64,000 nt of DNA. It comes from a virus. The stretch's first letter is position 1. The number at the start of each line of letters is the position of its first letter. Where the stretch lies: the IMG/VR virus record IMGVR_UViG_3300028840_003497, positions 1 through 64,000 of that record, one strand, 5' to 3'. The notes under the pieces were generated by a model. It had not been told where the DNA came from and ran no database searches. It was given only the letters and a program-made list of their open reading frames with translations. The position numbers and the translations under genes are program-made. Positions 34,716 through 43,877 of this stretch are shown here, one piece after another.

Positions 34716-35264
34716 TCACACCTTCCTGTCCGGGGTATACTGGGTACGCTTCCGCAATTCGAGCCGGTACCCAACAAACTCTGGTGAATCAAGAATGTAC
34801 CCACTTCGACCAGCTTTTACAACATCCCACCACTCACCGAACAAATAGAGCACATCACCCTCCTTCGGTTCGCGGCCTGCACACATTAAATCCTCCCAGG
34901 CACATTCCCAGTGATTTCTGGAAATCGCAATAATCGAATCATACTCGTAAACGAACCCCTCAGTCCTTACCGATGGAGTCCGGTTGTCGGATTCCTGATA
35001 TTCAATCGAGCAAGGGAACACAACGGGCTCCTCACCGGCGTCAACGTCTGGGCAGAAGTTCCATGCCTCGTCGGACACGGACGGCGCTCCACGGGCCGAG
35101 GAGCCCCCGTACAGAGGATCATTCGTGGGCTCGCCATACAGCGCATCCACATTCTTACCTCTGTTTAGAGAATAATACTCGCAGGGGGGTCCGACCAGCT
35201 CGATTCTTTCCTCTTCGAGTGATCTCAGATATGTTGCATCTTCATCAAAATATACCCGGGCCAT
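34716..35264 (-). CDS. Neck / head-closure protein (T4 gp14-like)
   Basis: E.IELVG...YY...DALYGE and PKEGDVL. Confidence 0.75.
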   Translation of the reverse strand: MARVYFDEDATYLRSLEEERIELVGPPCEYYSLNRGKNVDALYGEPTNDPLYGGSSARGAPSVSDEAWNFCPDVDAGEEPVVFPCSIEYQESDNRTPSVRTEGFVYEYDSIIAISRNHWECAWEDLMCAGREPKEGDVLYLFGEWWDVVKAGRSGYILDSPEFVGYRLELRKRTQYTPDRKV

Positions 35265-35297
35265 TGACTCTCCGCTCTCTTGCCAAATATCAGCCTA

Positions 35298-36380
35298 TTA
35301 CGGAAGCAAATATACTACGCCCGCCCCTGCCTTCTTTCCCGCTTTAAGAGCGGCTTTCTTGGCGTCCTTAAGCGAACCATTGAACTTGAAAATCTCGTCG
35401 TTTGTCGGATACTTCTCATCGAATCCGAACATCCACATGGCAGATCCACCACCGCGAGGCTTCGCTCCGTGGTTATTTACATACGGGGAGATATCCACCT
35501 TAGCCTCGGTCATGTTTTCATCGTCCTTCGGATCTCCCATAGGACCTTTGCCATCCCCGCGAGCAAACCCCTTACCCTTTCCTTTGGATTTCTTCTTTTT
35601 ACCAGGAGTCTTGCAAGCCTCGCCAAACTCATCCTCTACGATCTTCGCCATCTCATTGATGTGTTTGACAGCCTCCAGCATCGCATTCAACTCGTCATCG
35701 GTGATGCGCTCATTATTGATGCGCCTGCTCATCACATTCGCCAGCTTGAGACCAATTTCCTTCTTGCCCTCCCAGCAGCGAATGCCCTTGCCATTGTGTC
35801 TGGTAGATCGCGCGCCTGGTTTTTTTGTCGAATAAAACCGGACAACGGTGTCTTCAGATTTGACCTTTACTTTGGGAACCCCAGACATATTGACGATAAC
35901 GTCAGCAATATTTTCGGCCAGCGCATGAAAAGCCTCTTTGCTACTCTCTTCAACGCTGTCGTAATAGGCCAGCATCGCAGCCTGAAGAACCTCTGGCTTC
36001 ATCACCAGGACATGGGACGCGAAGTGAACGGACGCCTGATTCTCGATCATCTTGATCTTGATTTCGCCAGGCTCCAATAACCCCAAGTTCACCACGAAAT
36101 CGTACAACTGCTGCGCGTCCATGATGCTCTCAAAATTAAAAGCTATCTCTGAGTCCGATTCCTTGCCCTGCCAAGGGTAGAGCGTGCGCTTGTCGACCAT
36201 TCGAACCAGTGGTTCCAGGGTAACAGACTGACCCAGGTTACCCTCGACAAGCCCTCTGACCCTAGATTCAAGCTTTGCGGGGTCGTTCCTTGGATCAAAC
36301 CCCATGGCCTTCCGATCCTCTGGAGTGAGGATCCCATCGACCTTAAGGGACAATTTCTTGAGTTCTTCCAAATCTAACAT
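35298..36380 (-). CDS. Modular probable head-internal protein
   Basis: FGE|A and MTE|A junctions; last domain homologous to 6792-7058. Confidence 0.7.
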   Translation of the reverse strand: MLDLEELKKLSLKVDGILTPEDRKAMGFDPRNDPAKLESRVRGLVEGNLGQSVTLEPLVRMVDKRTLYPWQGKESDSEIAFNFESIMDAQQLYDFVVNLGLLEPGEIKIKMIENQASVHFASHVLVMKPEVLQAAMLAYYDSVEESSKEAFHALAENIADVIVNMSGVPKVKVKSEDTVVRFYSTKKPGARSTRHNGKGIRCWEGKKEIGLKLANVMSRRINNERITDDELNAMLEAVKHINEMAKIVEDEFGEACKTPGKKKKSKGKGKGFARGDGKGPMGDPKDDENMTEAKVDISPYVNNHGAKPRGGGSAMWMFGFDEKYPTNDEIFKFNGSLKDAKKAALKAGKKAGAGVVYLLP

Positions 36381-36394
36381 TACTATTTCTCCTT

Positions 36395-36410
36395 GCGAAC
36401 TCGTGTTCGC
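36395..36410. repeat. 16-bp palindrome copy 7 (GCGAACTCGTGTTCGC)
   Basis: Between a stop and the next RBS. Confidence 0.75.
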
Positions 36411-37132
36411 TACTCCGCAAAGAACCCCACCGGGGCCTGTAATTGACGAGCCTTCTCTTCCATGTCAGCTTCGAGGGCTTCGGCATTCGCCCAGAGGGTG
36501 TCGCCATCCATCGAAAACTCACCAGTCGCCCCCGGCTTCCCGGCGTACTTCATCCGAATCATTCCAAGGGTCTTCATCGCTTGCGAAAGCGCATAATTAC
36601 GGAAGACTCGCATTTCGTAGTTCGTGATGTATTCCATCTGTACCGTCGTTGATATGTACGTTATCAACACCTTCGCCCCGGCGTCTGGCTTCGGTGATAT
36701 AATAACAGACCGTTTCGCCCGGTCCCAGTCCCAGTCTTTATCCGACGATGATATCTGCTTCGACATCTCTCGATACTGCATATACTGCACCAGCGTAGAG
36801 TACCCCGAATTCTCGTTACCACCATAGATCCATGTATACGGATTGATCTCCACACCTGCCCAACTGAACAGGTTCGAAAAACTCTGCGATGACAACTCAA
36901 AAACGACGTCCACAACAGAATCAATATCTGAAGCAATCAAAGTCTCGTGATACTCGGTGGTTCCTGTAAGCGTGAACAATACGGATTTGCACTGCCCCAC
37001 CCACATTTGCCACCATTCCTTGGAGTCTCGGACCGCGTCGTCCAACTGCTCATCTGTCAATTCAACATTCACCACCCCTTTGCCGAGGCGACGACATATC
37101 CATTCCTTGACCTGGGCCTCAGTGAATCTCAA
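36410..37132 (-). CDS. Neck / head-tail adaptor (T4 gp13-like)
   Basis: RRLG..VVNVELTDEQLDD...Y.L...MKTLG.IR.KY...PG....MDGDTL. Confidence 0.9.
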   Translation of the reverse strand: MRFTEAQVKEWICRRLGKGVVNVELTDEQLDDAVRDSKEWWQMWVGQCKSVLFTLTGTTEYHETLIASDIDSVVDVVFELSSQSFSNLFSWAGVEINPYTWIYGGNENSGYSTLVQYMQYREMSKQISSSDKDWDWDRAKRSVIISPKPDAGAKVLITYISTTVQMEYITNYEMRVFRNYALSQAMKTLGMIRMKYAGKPGATGEFSMDGDTLWANAEALEADMEEKARQLQAPVGFFAE

Positions 37133-37135
37133 CGC

Positions 37136-37852
37136 CTACTCCTTCTTTTCTGATGGCTTCTTGCCCGTTAGAACCTCAAAGGCTGCGTCATTTATCTTCT
37201 GCACGATCGAAAAGACCTCCCGCTCAGAAACACCATTCCTTTTCAACCCCTTTAGCGTCACATCAGAAATATCACTGAGGACACCATTGAGCTGCGTCTC
37301 GTCCATGTCCTTGGTCGAGATGATAGCTTTCTTGATGTCGTCTGGAAGGTTGTCAGTTTCAATCGAGGACTCTGGATCGGCAACGGCCTTCTTCTTGCCT
37401 TTGTCGTCGTCCTTCTTTTTTTCGGGATCGTCCTTGTCCTTGTCGTCGTCACCACCGTCCTTATCCTTCTCGCCGTCCTTATCCTTATAGTCAGCGTCGG
37501 ATGCGTTGGGATCGAGTGGCTTCGCGCCTGTGTCCGCAGGGGTAGGATCCCCTGCCTCCCCCATCGCGATCAGTTTCTGCTGCACACGAGCATCCAAAGA
37601 TGTGTCGTGCAACTGATCCTGGACCACAGTGGGTGGATCCACTTCCAATGAAGCAAACAGGTAAAGATCCGATTTGTAGAACTTGGTATCGCCTGTAGAC
37701 TCGCGCACAATTAAACCGAACGGCGTAACCGAAAACACAGTCCCACGAGCATGGGCCACTCCCATTTTCGTGCGAATTTCGACCGCCTCTCCGTCTCCAA
37801 ACTTCCCAGCCGGAATCGTATCATCCAGCCGTCTTTCGTGATCCAGACCCAT
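37136..37852 (-). CDS. Hypothetical protein
   Basis: AGGAG RBS; D/K low-complexity linker. Confidence 0.7.
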   Translation of the reverse strand: MGLDHERRLDDTIPAGKFGDGEAVEIRTKMGVAHARGTVFSVTPFGLIVRESTGDTKFYKSDLYLFASLEVDPPTVVQDQLHDTSLDARVQQKLIAMGEAGDPTPADTGAKPLDPNASDADYKDKDGEKDKDGGDDDKDKDDPEKKKDDDKGKKKAVADPESSIETDNLPDDIKKAIISTKDMDETQLNGVLSDISDVTLKGLKRNGVSEREVFSIVQKINDAAFEVLTGKKPSEKKE

Positions 37853-37861
37853 TGACTCCTC

Positions 37862-38410
37862 CTAGCGGTGCTTGTCCTCGATGTGATCAATAATCCCCTT
37901 CTCGGTTTTGAGGATCTTCTCTTCACCTTCGCGTTTACACACGAGACATTCGAAGCGACCGTCGTCCGTCTCTTCGTAATCGAAATCGCCGTTCCCATTG
38001 GGAGAGATAGTTACCTCGTCATCCTCAGTCCCAAGCTCTCCGTCTTCACCTGGATCGATCTCCGCCGTCATCGCCCCTACGTCAACCGTGATGGGCTTGT
38101 CGTCCCCTTTGGGCTCGTCATCGACATCCATCTCGGGCTCGTCGACTGGATCCTCAGACTTCGGCGCTACAAGGGCCTCCTCTTTGATCTCACGGAATTT
38201 GTCAGTATTGACCTCTACGATAAAACCGGCATCGACCGCTGCGCTCATATCCACATTGACATCAACATCGGAAATCTTGCCAGGAATGAACGGAACATAT
38301 CGTTGCATCATCACGTCCGGCTGATTGCCAGGCTTCGGAATGACTTCGATCCCGAGATGAGTACATGGTTTTTTCTGCTGCCGGGTCAACATGAATTGCT
38401 TATTCGGCAT
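37862..38410 (-). CDS. Acidic protein with C-terminal C2H2-like finger
   Basis: Start MPNKQF after AAGGAG; CLVC...HIEDKH. Confidence 0.7.
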   Translation of the reverse strand: MPNKQFMLTRQQKKPCTHLGIEVIPKPGNQPDVMMQRYVPFIPGKISDVDVNVDMSAAVDAGFIVEVNTDKFREIKEEALVAPKSEDPVDEPEMDVDDEPKGDDKPITVDVGAMTAEIDPGEDGELGTEDDEVTISPNGNGDFDYEETDDGRFECLVCKREGEEKILKTEKGIIDHIEDKHR

Positions 38411-38425
38411 GATAATTTCTCCTTC

Positions 38426-38468
38426 AAAAAAAAGGGGCCGCGCCGGTTGAGTTACCGACCCGGCCCCT
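38426..38468 (-). terminator. Rho-independent terminator after the major capsid gene
   Basis: GGGGCCG...CGGCCCC stem followed by a run of Ts. Confidence 0.85.
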
Positions 38469-38505
38469 GGATTCACACGTCTATCTGACGTCCTACCTCA
38501 ACCCC

Positions 38506-40131
38506 CTACAGAGTTGTGGTTACAACCGGCAGACCAGATACTGTGATCGTGCCATAGTACTCTGGACGTAGCATCCGAGTTGCATACCGAGTCCTCACGC
38601 CCTTGCGGAACGTGAAATCATTTGGATCGAGGAAGGTCGGGGTGACCTGCAGCGGCACGTAGGGTGCGTAAACGTACCCAGCGTCGATGAAGGAATTACC
38701 CTTGAGACCGACCAGGATCTGGTTGGCAGGCATGTACGGATCTTGGTAAACTGCATACTTGCGCAGCAGCGTTCCGATCCGGGCAATACCGTAGTTGGCA
38801 GTAACAGGACCGTAGCTCGCAGCCTGTACATTCTGCTCGATGCTGGCAAAGTCTCCATGCGTCGAGAGCTGATCAAGCAACCCACCAATGCCCGGGGGTA
38901 CAACAATAAAGTTGGCCGGGGCACGTCCTGATGTCCTGTGGATCTCTGCCGAGAGCGCACTGATCTGCGTGATCAACTGACGGATGCTCTCAATCTCACC
39001 CGGGATACCTGGAGCATAAGTGTACGGAATCGAATGCGCCGCCCCATTGACGAGGTCAGTAATGATCTCGCGGTCCACTTCCAGCATAACCTCATTGGAG
39101 AATGTGCTTACCAACTCAGCCTCTGCGTCCATCCCGTGCAATGCACGAAGATCATCCACAGCCTCTACTGTCCAGCGAGCCTTCAGTTTGCGACTCTCAG
39201 CCTGCACAGTGTGAAGAGCGATATCCAAGCTGATGCTGGGAATCTCCGCTCCATCGGTGTAGCCAACCAATTCCCAATTCACAAAGTACTGGAAATAGAT
39301 GACTGTGTTGTTGGTGAAGTTGGAAGCCGATCCACCGGATCCGAGAGGAGTAACCGCCCACTGACCGTTGGTCACATCAAACGTACCACAGACCTGAGTT
39401 CCCGATGGGTTCAGATCGTCGATGAGGTTACCAGCATCGTTCATCGTTGCTTCGACCTCTGTCGGAGCATTTGCATTGTCCGCATCGTTGCAGCGGAAGA
39501 ATGCCTTCACGTAGAACGTGCGCTGTCCAGCAGTTCCGTTTGCACGGATTGGCGACCAGTCGGTCACTGCACAATTGGTCGAACCCTGGTTCAGGGTCGC
39601 CGTGGCAGTTCCAGTGTCTGTACAGACAGCATCGTAGTCGTTGAACTCAGAGCTGTAGTACTTCGCAAAGTTCTGGTTAAGATTGTCCCCAGCTTCCAAC
39701 TCGCCACCATAAGCCATGTCGGTCGGGTTGTTGGCGATCGCAGCCTGTGGCAGTTTGGTGCCTTTGCGTCCGTCATACTTTTTCTCGTAGTAGAAAACGC
39801 CTCCAATGGGGGACGTCATCGGCTGAACCGATACCAGCTGGTTGGCGATCAAGTTCGGGAAAACCCGACGCAGGATCGGGAACACATATTTCGTGAACGC
39901 GCCAGCGTTTGTGCTCAGGGTGTCCTCATGGAAAGACTTGATGTGCTCCATCTCGTTTTCCAGAAGAATCGCCGTCGCTTTTTTGGTGTATCCGTTGTCG
40001 TGTTGAACCGGAATACCCTCCAGAAGATCGCCCCATTTGCCAACGCATGCGCCAGCGTAGCTGTTATCGTGGATGGTTTTCGGTCCGGCTTGCTCCAGGA
40101 TTGCCCTGGCTTCTGTGCTTTCGATGCCCAT
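38506..40131 (-). CDS. Major capsid protein (T4 gp23 family)
   Basis: RRVFPNLIA..LVSVQPM, SRKLKARWTVE..DL.A.HG.DAE.EL, GYVYAPYVPL and KGVRTRY. Confidence 0.97.
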   Translation of the reverse strand: MGIESTEARAILEQAGPKTIHDNSYAGACVGKWGDLLEGIPVQHDNGYTKKATAILLENEMEHIKSFHEDTLSTNAGAFTKYVFPILRRVFPNLIANQLVSVQPMTSPIGGVFYYEKKYDGRKGTKLPQAAIANNPTDMAYGGELEAGDNLNQNFAKYYSSEFNDYDAVCTDTGTATATLNQGSTNCAVTDWSPIRANGTAGQRTFYVKAFFRCNDADNANAPTEVEATMNDAGNLIDDLNPSGTQVCGTFDVTNGQWAVTPLGSGGSASNFTNNTVIYFQYFVNWELVGYTDGAEIPSISLDIALHTVQAESRKLKARWTVEAVDDLRALHGMDAEAELVSTFSNEVMLEVDREIITDLVNGAAHSIPYTYAPGIPGEIESIRQLITQISALSAEIHRTSGRAPANFIVVPPGIGGLLDQLSTHGDFASIEQNVQAASYGPVTANYGIARIGTLLRKYAVYQDPYMPANQILVGLKGNSFIDAGYVYAPYVPLQVTPTFLDPNDFTFRKGVRTRYATRMLRPEYYGTITVSGLPVVTTTL

Positions 40132-40162
40132 TTCTTTTCTCCTCGTTCGTGGTTGTGACAGC

Positions 40163-41788
40163 CTAATCCAGATTTCCTAGACCGGCCAAGCGCTTCATGT
40201 AGGACATATCGTTCCCTAGATCATCGCTCCTACGACGCATGGAAACTTTACTTTCGTCCTCATTCAGCTGTTCCTGCTCCTGCCGCTCACCCATGCCACG
40301 CTGTAGTTTTCTGCGCGCATCCATGAGTTGCTGCTCAGAGACATCTCGGACTCCCTTCTCCGTCACCAACTTGTCAACCACGGCCTCCGAGGATACATCC
40401 TCTAATAGACCAAGCAACTGTCTACCATTTGCCAACCCAACAACCTTGTCGTGCTTATAGACCTCAATCTTGAGCGTGCGCTTTGCCTCTTCGGCTTCCT
40501 CCAGCGCCTTTGCCCGAGACTCCTCAGCCTCTTGCACGCGGCTCTCAGCATCTGAACGCTGAGCATCTGCCTCCATACCTACTTCTACAGCTTTCTTCAG
40601 TTTCGCATTCAACGATTCTACCCTCTCCGTGAGGAGGGACAATTTCTCTATCATTACTGCGTTTTCTGCCAGCAGTTCGGCATCTTCTTTTGTAACCATT
40701 CCCTCGTCGGTCCTCTCGGGCAGGTCCGCGAGGATCGTAGCGAGTTTCTCTTTGGCATCGTCCAGGTCTACAAATTTATGCTTCGCGACCAATTTACGAA
40801 TAGACTCTGCCATCGGATGCCCACCAATTTCGCGCTCTATGTACTCCATGCACTCAGCACGGACAGCACGCTCTTCATTCTTCTCTGCCGACTCCATAGC
40901 CTCGGCAACTTCGATATCTTTGGCTTTCGCTGCATCCGCCAATGCTCGCTCGTCCTCAGTCGCCTGGAACGGAGCTACCATCTCCCAAATAGCCGAGAGA
41001 ATCGCTTTCGATCCTCCAATGTCCGGATCGGATGCATACTCCTCGCGCAACTCGCTAGAGATGTCTTCCTTGGCCTCCAAGAGCCCCTCAGCGAGCTGTT
41101 TCTGGAACGCCTCGGACATCTCATCTCGCACACGCTGTTCGGCCTCAGCAACCGCCTCGTCGACGCCCTTGTTGACCTTGATCTTCGCCTTGGAAATCGC
41201 ATCCTCTTGCAGGGATGAAGCTACCTCGGGAAACTCGTCAAGAAACATCTGCGCGATGTCAGGCTGGTTCTCGTCAACATCCTCAGTAAAAATACCAGGA
41301 ACCGCCGACTTTACCGCTGGATCGGCCACGAAGTCCCAGGTCTTTAGAACGAAATCATCCTGAACAACCTCTCCCTCTGTCTTGGGATCATGGGACGGCT
41401 TGGTAGATCCAAAGCCACGAGATGAAATGCCTATCTGCACGTTTGCTTCGATCAACGCCTTCAGAGTCTTTCCCTCTGGAGTGTTCAGGATCTCAGCCTC
41501 TCCGACAACGACACCATCCTTTATCTTAAGACCAGTAATAACGTGTGACACACGCTTCAGACTCGTCTTGCCATCTGTTGGATGATCCAATTCACCCAAG
41601 ACCCTCCGTGAAGATATATCCTCGGACAGGCGTTTAATCTCGCGAAGCATCAGTGTCTCTGGATAAATACGGCCATTCTGTGTGGGAACACCAACACGAC
41701 CAAATTCACCGCGAGCTATTACTTTGCCGCCAGCCGCCTCGGTAAGGGTAAGCTGTACTGGACTCGATTCGATTAAAAGATTCGGCAT
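40163..41788 (-). CDS. Prohead protease (T4 gp21 family) fused to an acidic coiled-coil scaffold
   Basis: NGRIYP, LGELDHP, VSHVI, GISSRGFGS and DFVADP, then a long E-rich helical tail; start revised to MPNLLIE. Confidence 0.92.
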   Translation of the reverse strand: MPNLLIESSPVQLTLTEAAGGKVIARGEFGRVGVPTQNGRIYPETLMLREIKRLSEDISSRRVLGELDHPTDGKTSLKRVSHVITGLKIKDGVVVGEAEILNTPEGKTLKALIEANVQIGISSRGFGSTKPSHDPKTEGEVVQDDFVLKTWDFVADPAVKSAVPGIFTEDVDENQPDIAQMFLDEFPEVASSLQEDAISKAKIKVNKGVDEAVAEAEQRVRDEMSEAFQKQLAEGLLEAKEDISSELREEYASDPDIGGSKAILSAIWEMVAPFQATEDERALADAAKAKDIEVAEAMESAEKNEERAVRAECMEYIEREIGGHPMAESIRKLVAKHKFVDLDDAKEKLATILADLPERTDEGMVTKEDAELLAENAVMIEKLSLLTERVESLNAKLKKAVEVGMEADAQRSDAESRVQEAEESRAKALEEAEEAKRTLKIEVYKHDKVVGLANGRQLLGLLEDVSSEAVVDKLVTEKGVRDVSEQQLMDARRKLQRGMGERQEQEQLNEDESKVSMRRRSDDLGNDMSYMKRLAGLGNLD

Positions 41789-41792
41789 TGTA

Positions 41793-42014
41793 TCATCCTT
41801 TTTTGCCAGTCTTGCTTCTCCAACGCCGGATGCGTGTTCTAGCAAGCGGGTTCCTGTCGAGCTTACGCTTGGCTTCCGGGGAGACTCGTCGATCTGTCTT
41901 TTTCCCATCACCGCGAGCAGCTTTCTTGAGCGACTCAAACCCTACCAGCTCCTTTCGCCCCGACGGAGTTCCCGTGCGACGTCGCCACACGGCTTCACCG
42001 AGACGGCTTGTCAG
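41793..42014 (-). CDS. -1 frame extension (73 aa, very basic) of the upstream prohead-core gene
   Basis: Open from G GGA AAC to a stop overlapping the protease RBS; LGE|AVWRRR... Confidence 0.6.
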   Translation of the reverse strand: MTSRLGEAVWRRRTGTPSGRKELVGFESLKKAARGDGKKTDRRVSPEAKRKLDRNPLARTRIRRWRSKTGKKG

Positions 42015-43003
42015 TTTCCCAACGTGTCCTCACCACCGATTCGATCCAAAGATTTATGGATCAGAGTGAGCACAGGTTTGATCTCCGATATGAACTCGTC
42101 CACTTCCATCACATCTTCGTCGATCCTACCGGCATCCCAGGACGCCAAGACAGGCTCGTAAGCCTCTGTGAAAACGCGGGTCACGGCCTCGTCGTTGAAC
42201 TCCTCGGAAAGGAGATCGAACACATTGCCGATCATCTCAATCAACTCATCGCGCAGAGTCTCGGATGCTTCCTGGCTGTCCTCCATGAGACCCATCAGCT
42301 CGGCTGCGAACGGAGACTCGACTCCCTCTCGCCTGGCCGCCACACGAGCAGATTTGCGCTCAGATTTCTTGCCAGCGCCACCCTTCGCCCACTTTTTCTT
42401 TTTGCGACTTTCCTTGGCCACTTTACCTGCTCCGCCCATCGCCTTCACGGTGGGCTCACATCCTGGTTTCCCCTTCTTGGCGCGAGTACCCTCGGGACAC
42501 TGCCTGGATTTCTTTTTCGTAGTCTTGCCAGCCACGTGACGCCTGACAACCTTGGCGGCCCTCTCGGCAATCAGGAAGTCGACGACCTCCTCGGCCCGCT
42601 CCTTCAGCTCATCAGAAGCATCCTCTGGGAGTTCCTTGGACTTTAGTGCCTCCAGGATCTCATCGATGTCCTCAGACTTGAGACCCTCAAAAGGAATCTC
42701 CATAATAGCATCGAAAAGCTCGATGTTGACCCCGACAGCCTCCAAGGGATCGATGCTTTCATCCTGATCGTCGCCCTCTTGGTCATCGTCCTCGGCCTTC
42801 TTGTACCCACACTTTGTACACTTGCCGTCCTTCATGTCGGCCTTGCACTTCGGGCACATCTTGTCCTCTTCCTCAACAGAATCATTGGTGCCCTCGGTCA
42901 GCGGGATGCCGCCGAGTAGTGCTTGCTCCTGCATGTTGAATCCTGGAATACCAAGGCCCTGCAGATCCTCATCGAGAGAGGTGTTGATGGTACGCTTTCC
43001 CAT
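42011..43003 (-). CDS. Putative prohead core protein (gp67/gp68-like position)
   Basis: Between portal and protease; acidic helices, Zn ribbon CPKC..CTKC, and a K/R-rich segment after IAE|. Confidence 0.65.
   Translation of the reverse strand: MGKRTINTSLDEDLQGLGIPGFNMQEQALLGGIPLTEGTNDSVEEEDKMCPKCKADMKDGKCTKCGYKKAEDDDQEGDDQDESIDPLEAVGVNIELFDAIMEIPFEGLKSEDIDEILEALKSKELPEDASDELKERAEEVVDFLIAERAAKVVRRHVAGKTTKKKSRQCPEGTRAKKGKPGCEPTVKAMGGAGKVAKESRKKKKWAKGGAGKKSERKSARVAARREGVESPFAAELMGLMEDSQEASETLRDELIEMIGNVFDLLSEEFNDEAVTRVFTEAYEPVLASWDAGRIDEDVMEVDEFISEIKPVLTLIHKSLDRIGGEDTLGN
42014..42020 (-). other. Candidate -1 slippery heptamer G GGA AAC directly before the stop
   Basis: In-frame X XXY YYZ, with a stem-loop starting 6 nt downstream. 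Confidence 0.65.
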
Positions 43004-43007
43004 TGTT

Positions 43008-43871
43008 CTACTCCTCATTGTTGGTGGGCTGTGACCTTATTTTCATGTAGGTGGTCACGACAGCCATTGTTTTTGCTCGCTCAGCAAGCCTGTCATGTGC
43101 TTCTGCCATGCGCCCGACATCTTCGGTTCGCATCAACTTTTCGGCCTTGCCGAGCAAGCCACCAATGACCTGCGCTTCAACTTTCAACGATCCACAGATA
43201 GCACTAAAAAACTCATCTTGATCCTGATCAAACACCATCTTGGCACATTCGTCAACCATCTCCGTTACCAAGTTAGCAACGAGAGTTAACCCTTCGCGCA
43301 ACTCCCCTTCAAATTCCGGGAGCTTAGATGATGCTATTTTTTTAAATTTTGTAGACGGGAATGGAGCCTCGATCTCGCGAATTTTTCCATACAAGGTCGT
43401 GCGAATTTGCTCCGCGTTAGCCTCGTACATTCCAAACCAATCCGCATTGACAATAGCCTCGTCAATCTGATCCAGCACTTCTGATACCCAGTAATGTTCG
43501 TCTTTGGTCAGAAGCTGAGACACTTCGCGAACTTGAGTTCGCGACAATCCTTTTCCCTTTGCAACCCCTTCAGACAATACTCGCAACCGATCAGCAACGA
43601 AACGCGGGATGTCCTCATCCTCGATGACTGGAATATCCTTCGTAGGCTTCGCCTTGATGCCCTTCACGTCGTCACCCTCGATTTCATAAGTAACCTTTAA
43701 AATCTGACCATCGGAATCCATTGCATAGGCATGCTTGGCGTGGGATGCGATAACACGCACTGGGGAATCCCCGAAATGCTCGGTGATAGAATTCTGAATA
43801 ATCAGAGATCGGTGCTCCAGGCTGTTTTTGAACTTTTTATCGATCGCTGAACCCTGAATATACGGCATCAT
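43008..43871 (-). CDS. Hypothetical head-assembly protein
   Basis: Directly after the portal. Confidence 0.7.
   Translation of the reverse strand: MMPYIQGSAIDKKFKNSLEHRSLIIQNSITEHFGDSPVRVIASHAKHAYAMDSDGQILKVTYEIEGDDVKGIKAKPTKDIPVIEDEDIPRFVADRLRVLSEGVAKGKGLSRTQVREVSQLLTKDEHYWVSEVLDQIDEAIVNADWFGMYEANAEQIRTTLYGKIREIEAPFPSTKFKKIASSKLPEFEGELREGLTLVANLVTEMVDECAKMVFDQDQDEFFSAICGSLKVEAQVIGGLLGKAEKLMRTEDVGRMAEAHDRLAERAKTMAVVTTYMKIRSQPTNNEE
43525..43544. repeat. Palindrome copy 8, extended to 20 bp (TCGCGAACTTGAGTTCGCGA)
   Basis: Intragenic. Confidence 0.85.
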
Positions 43872-43877
43872 TAACCC

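Noticed and set aside
38470-40162. T4-type late promoters (TATAAATA) before structural genes
   Set aside because: Not seen in the intergenic gaps examined; no alternative late promoter motif could be supported by eye.
41789-41938. 50-aa N-terminal extension of the protease given in the ORF track
   Set aside because: There is a better RBS and start at 41788, and the region is better explained by the -1 frame of the upstream gene.
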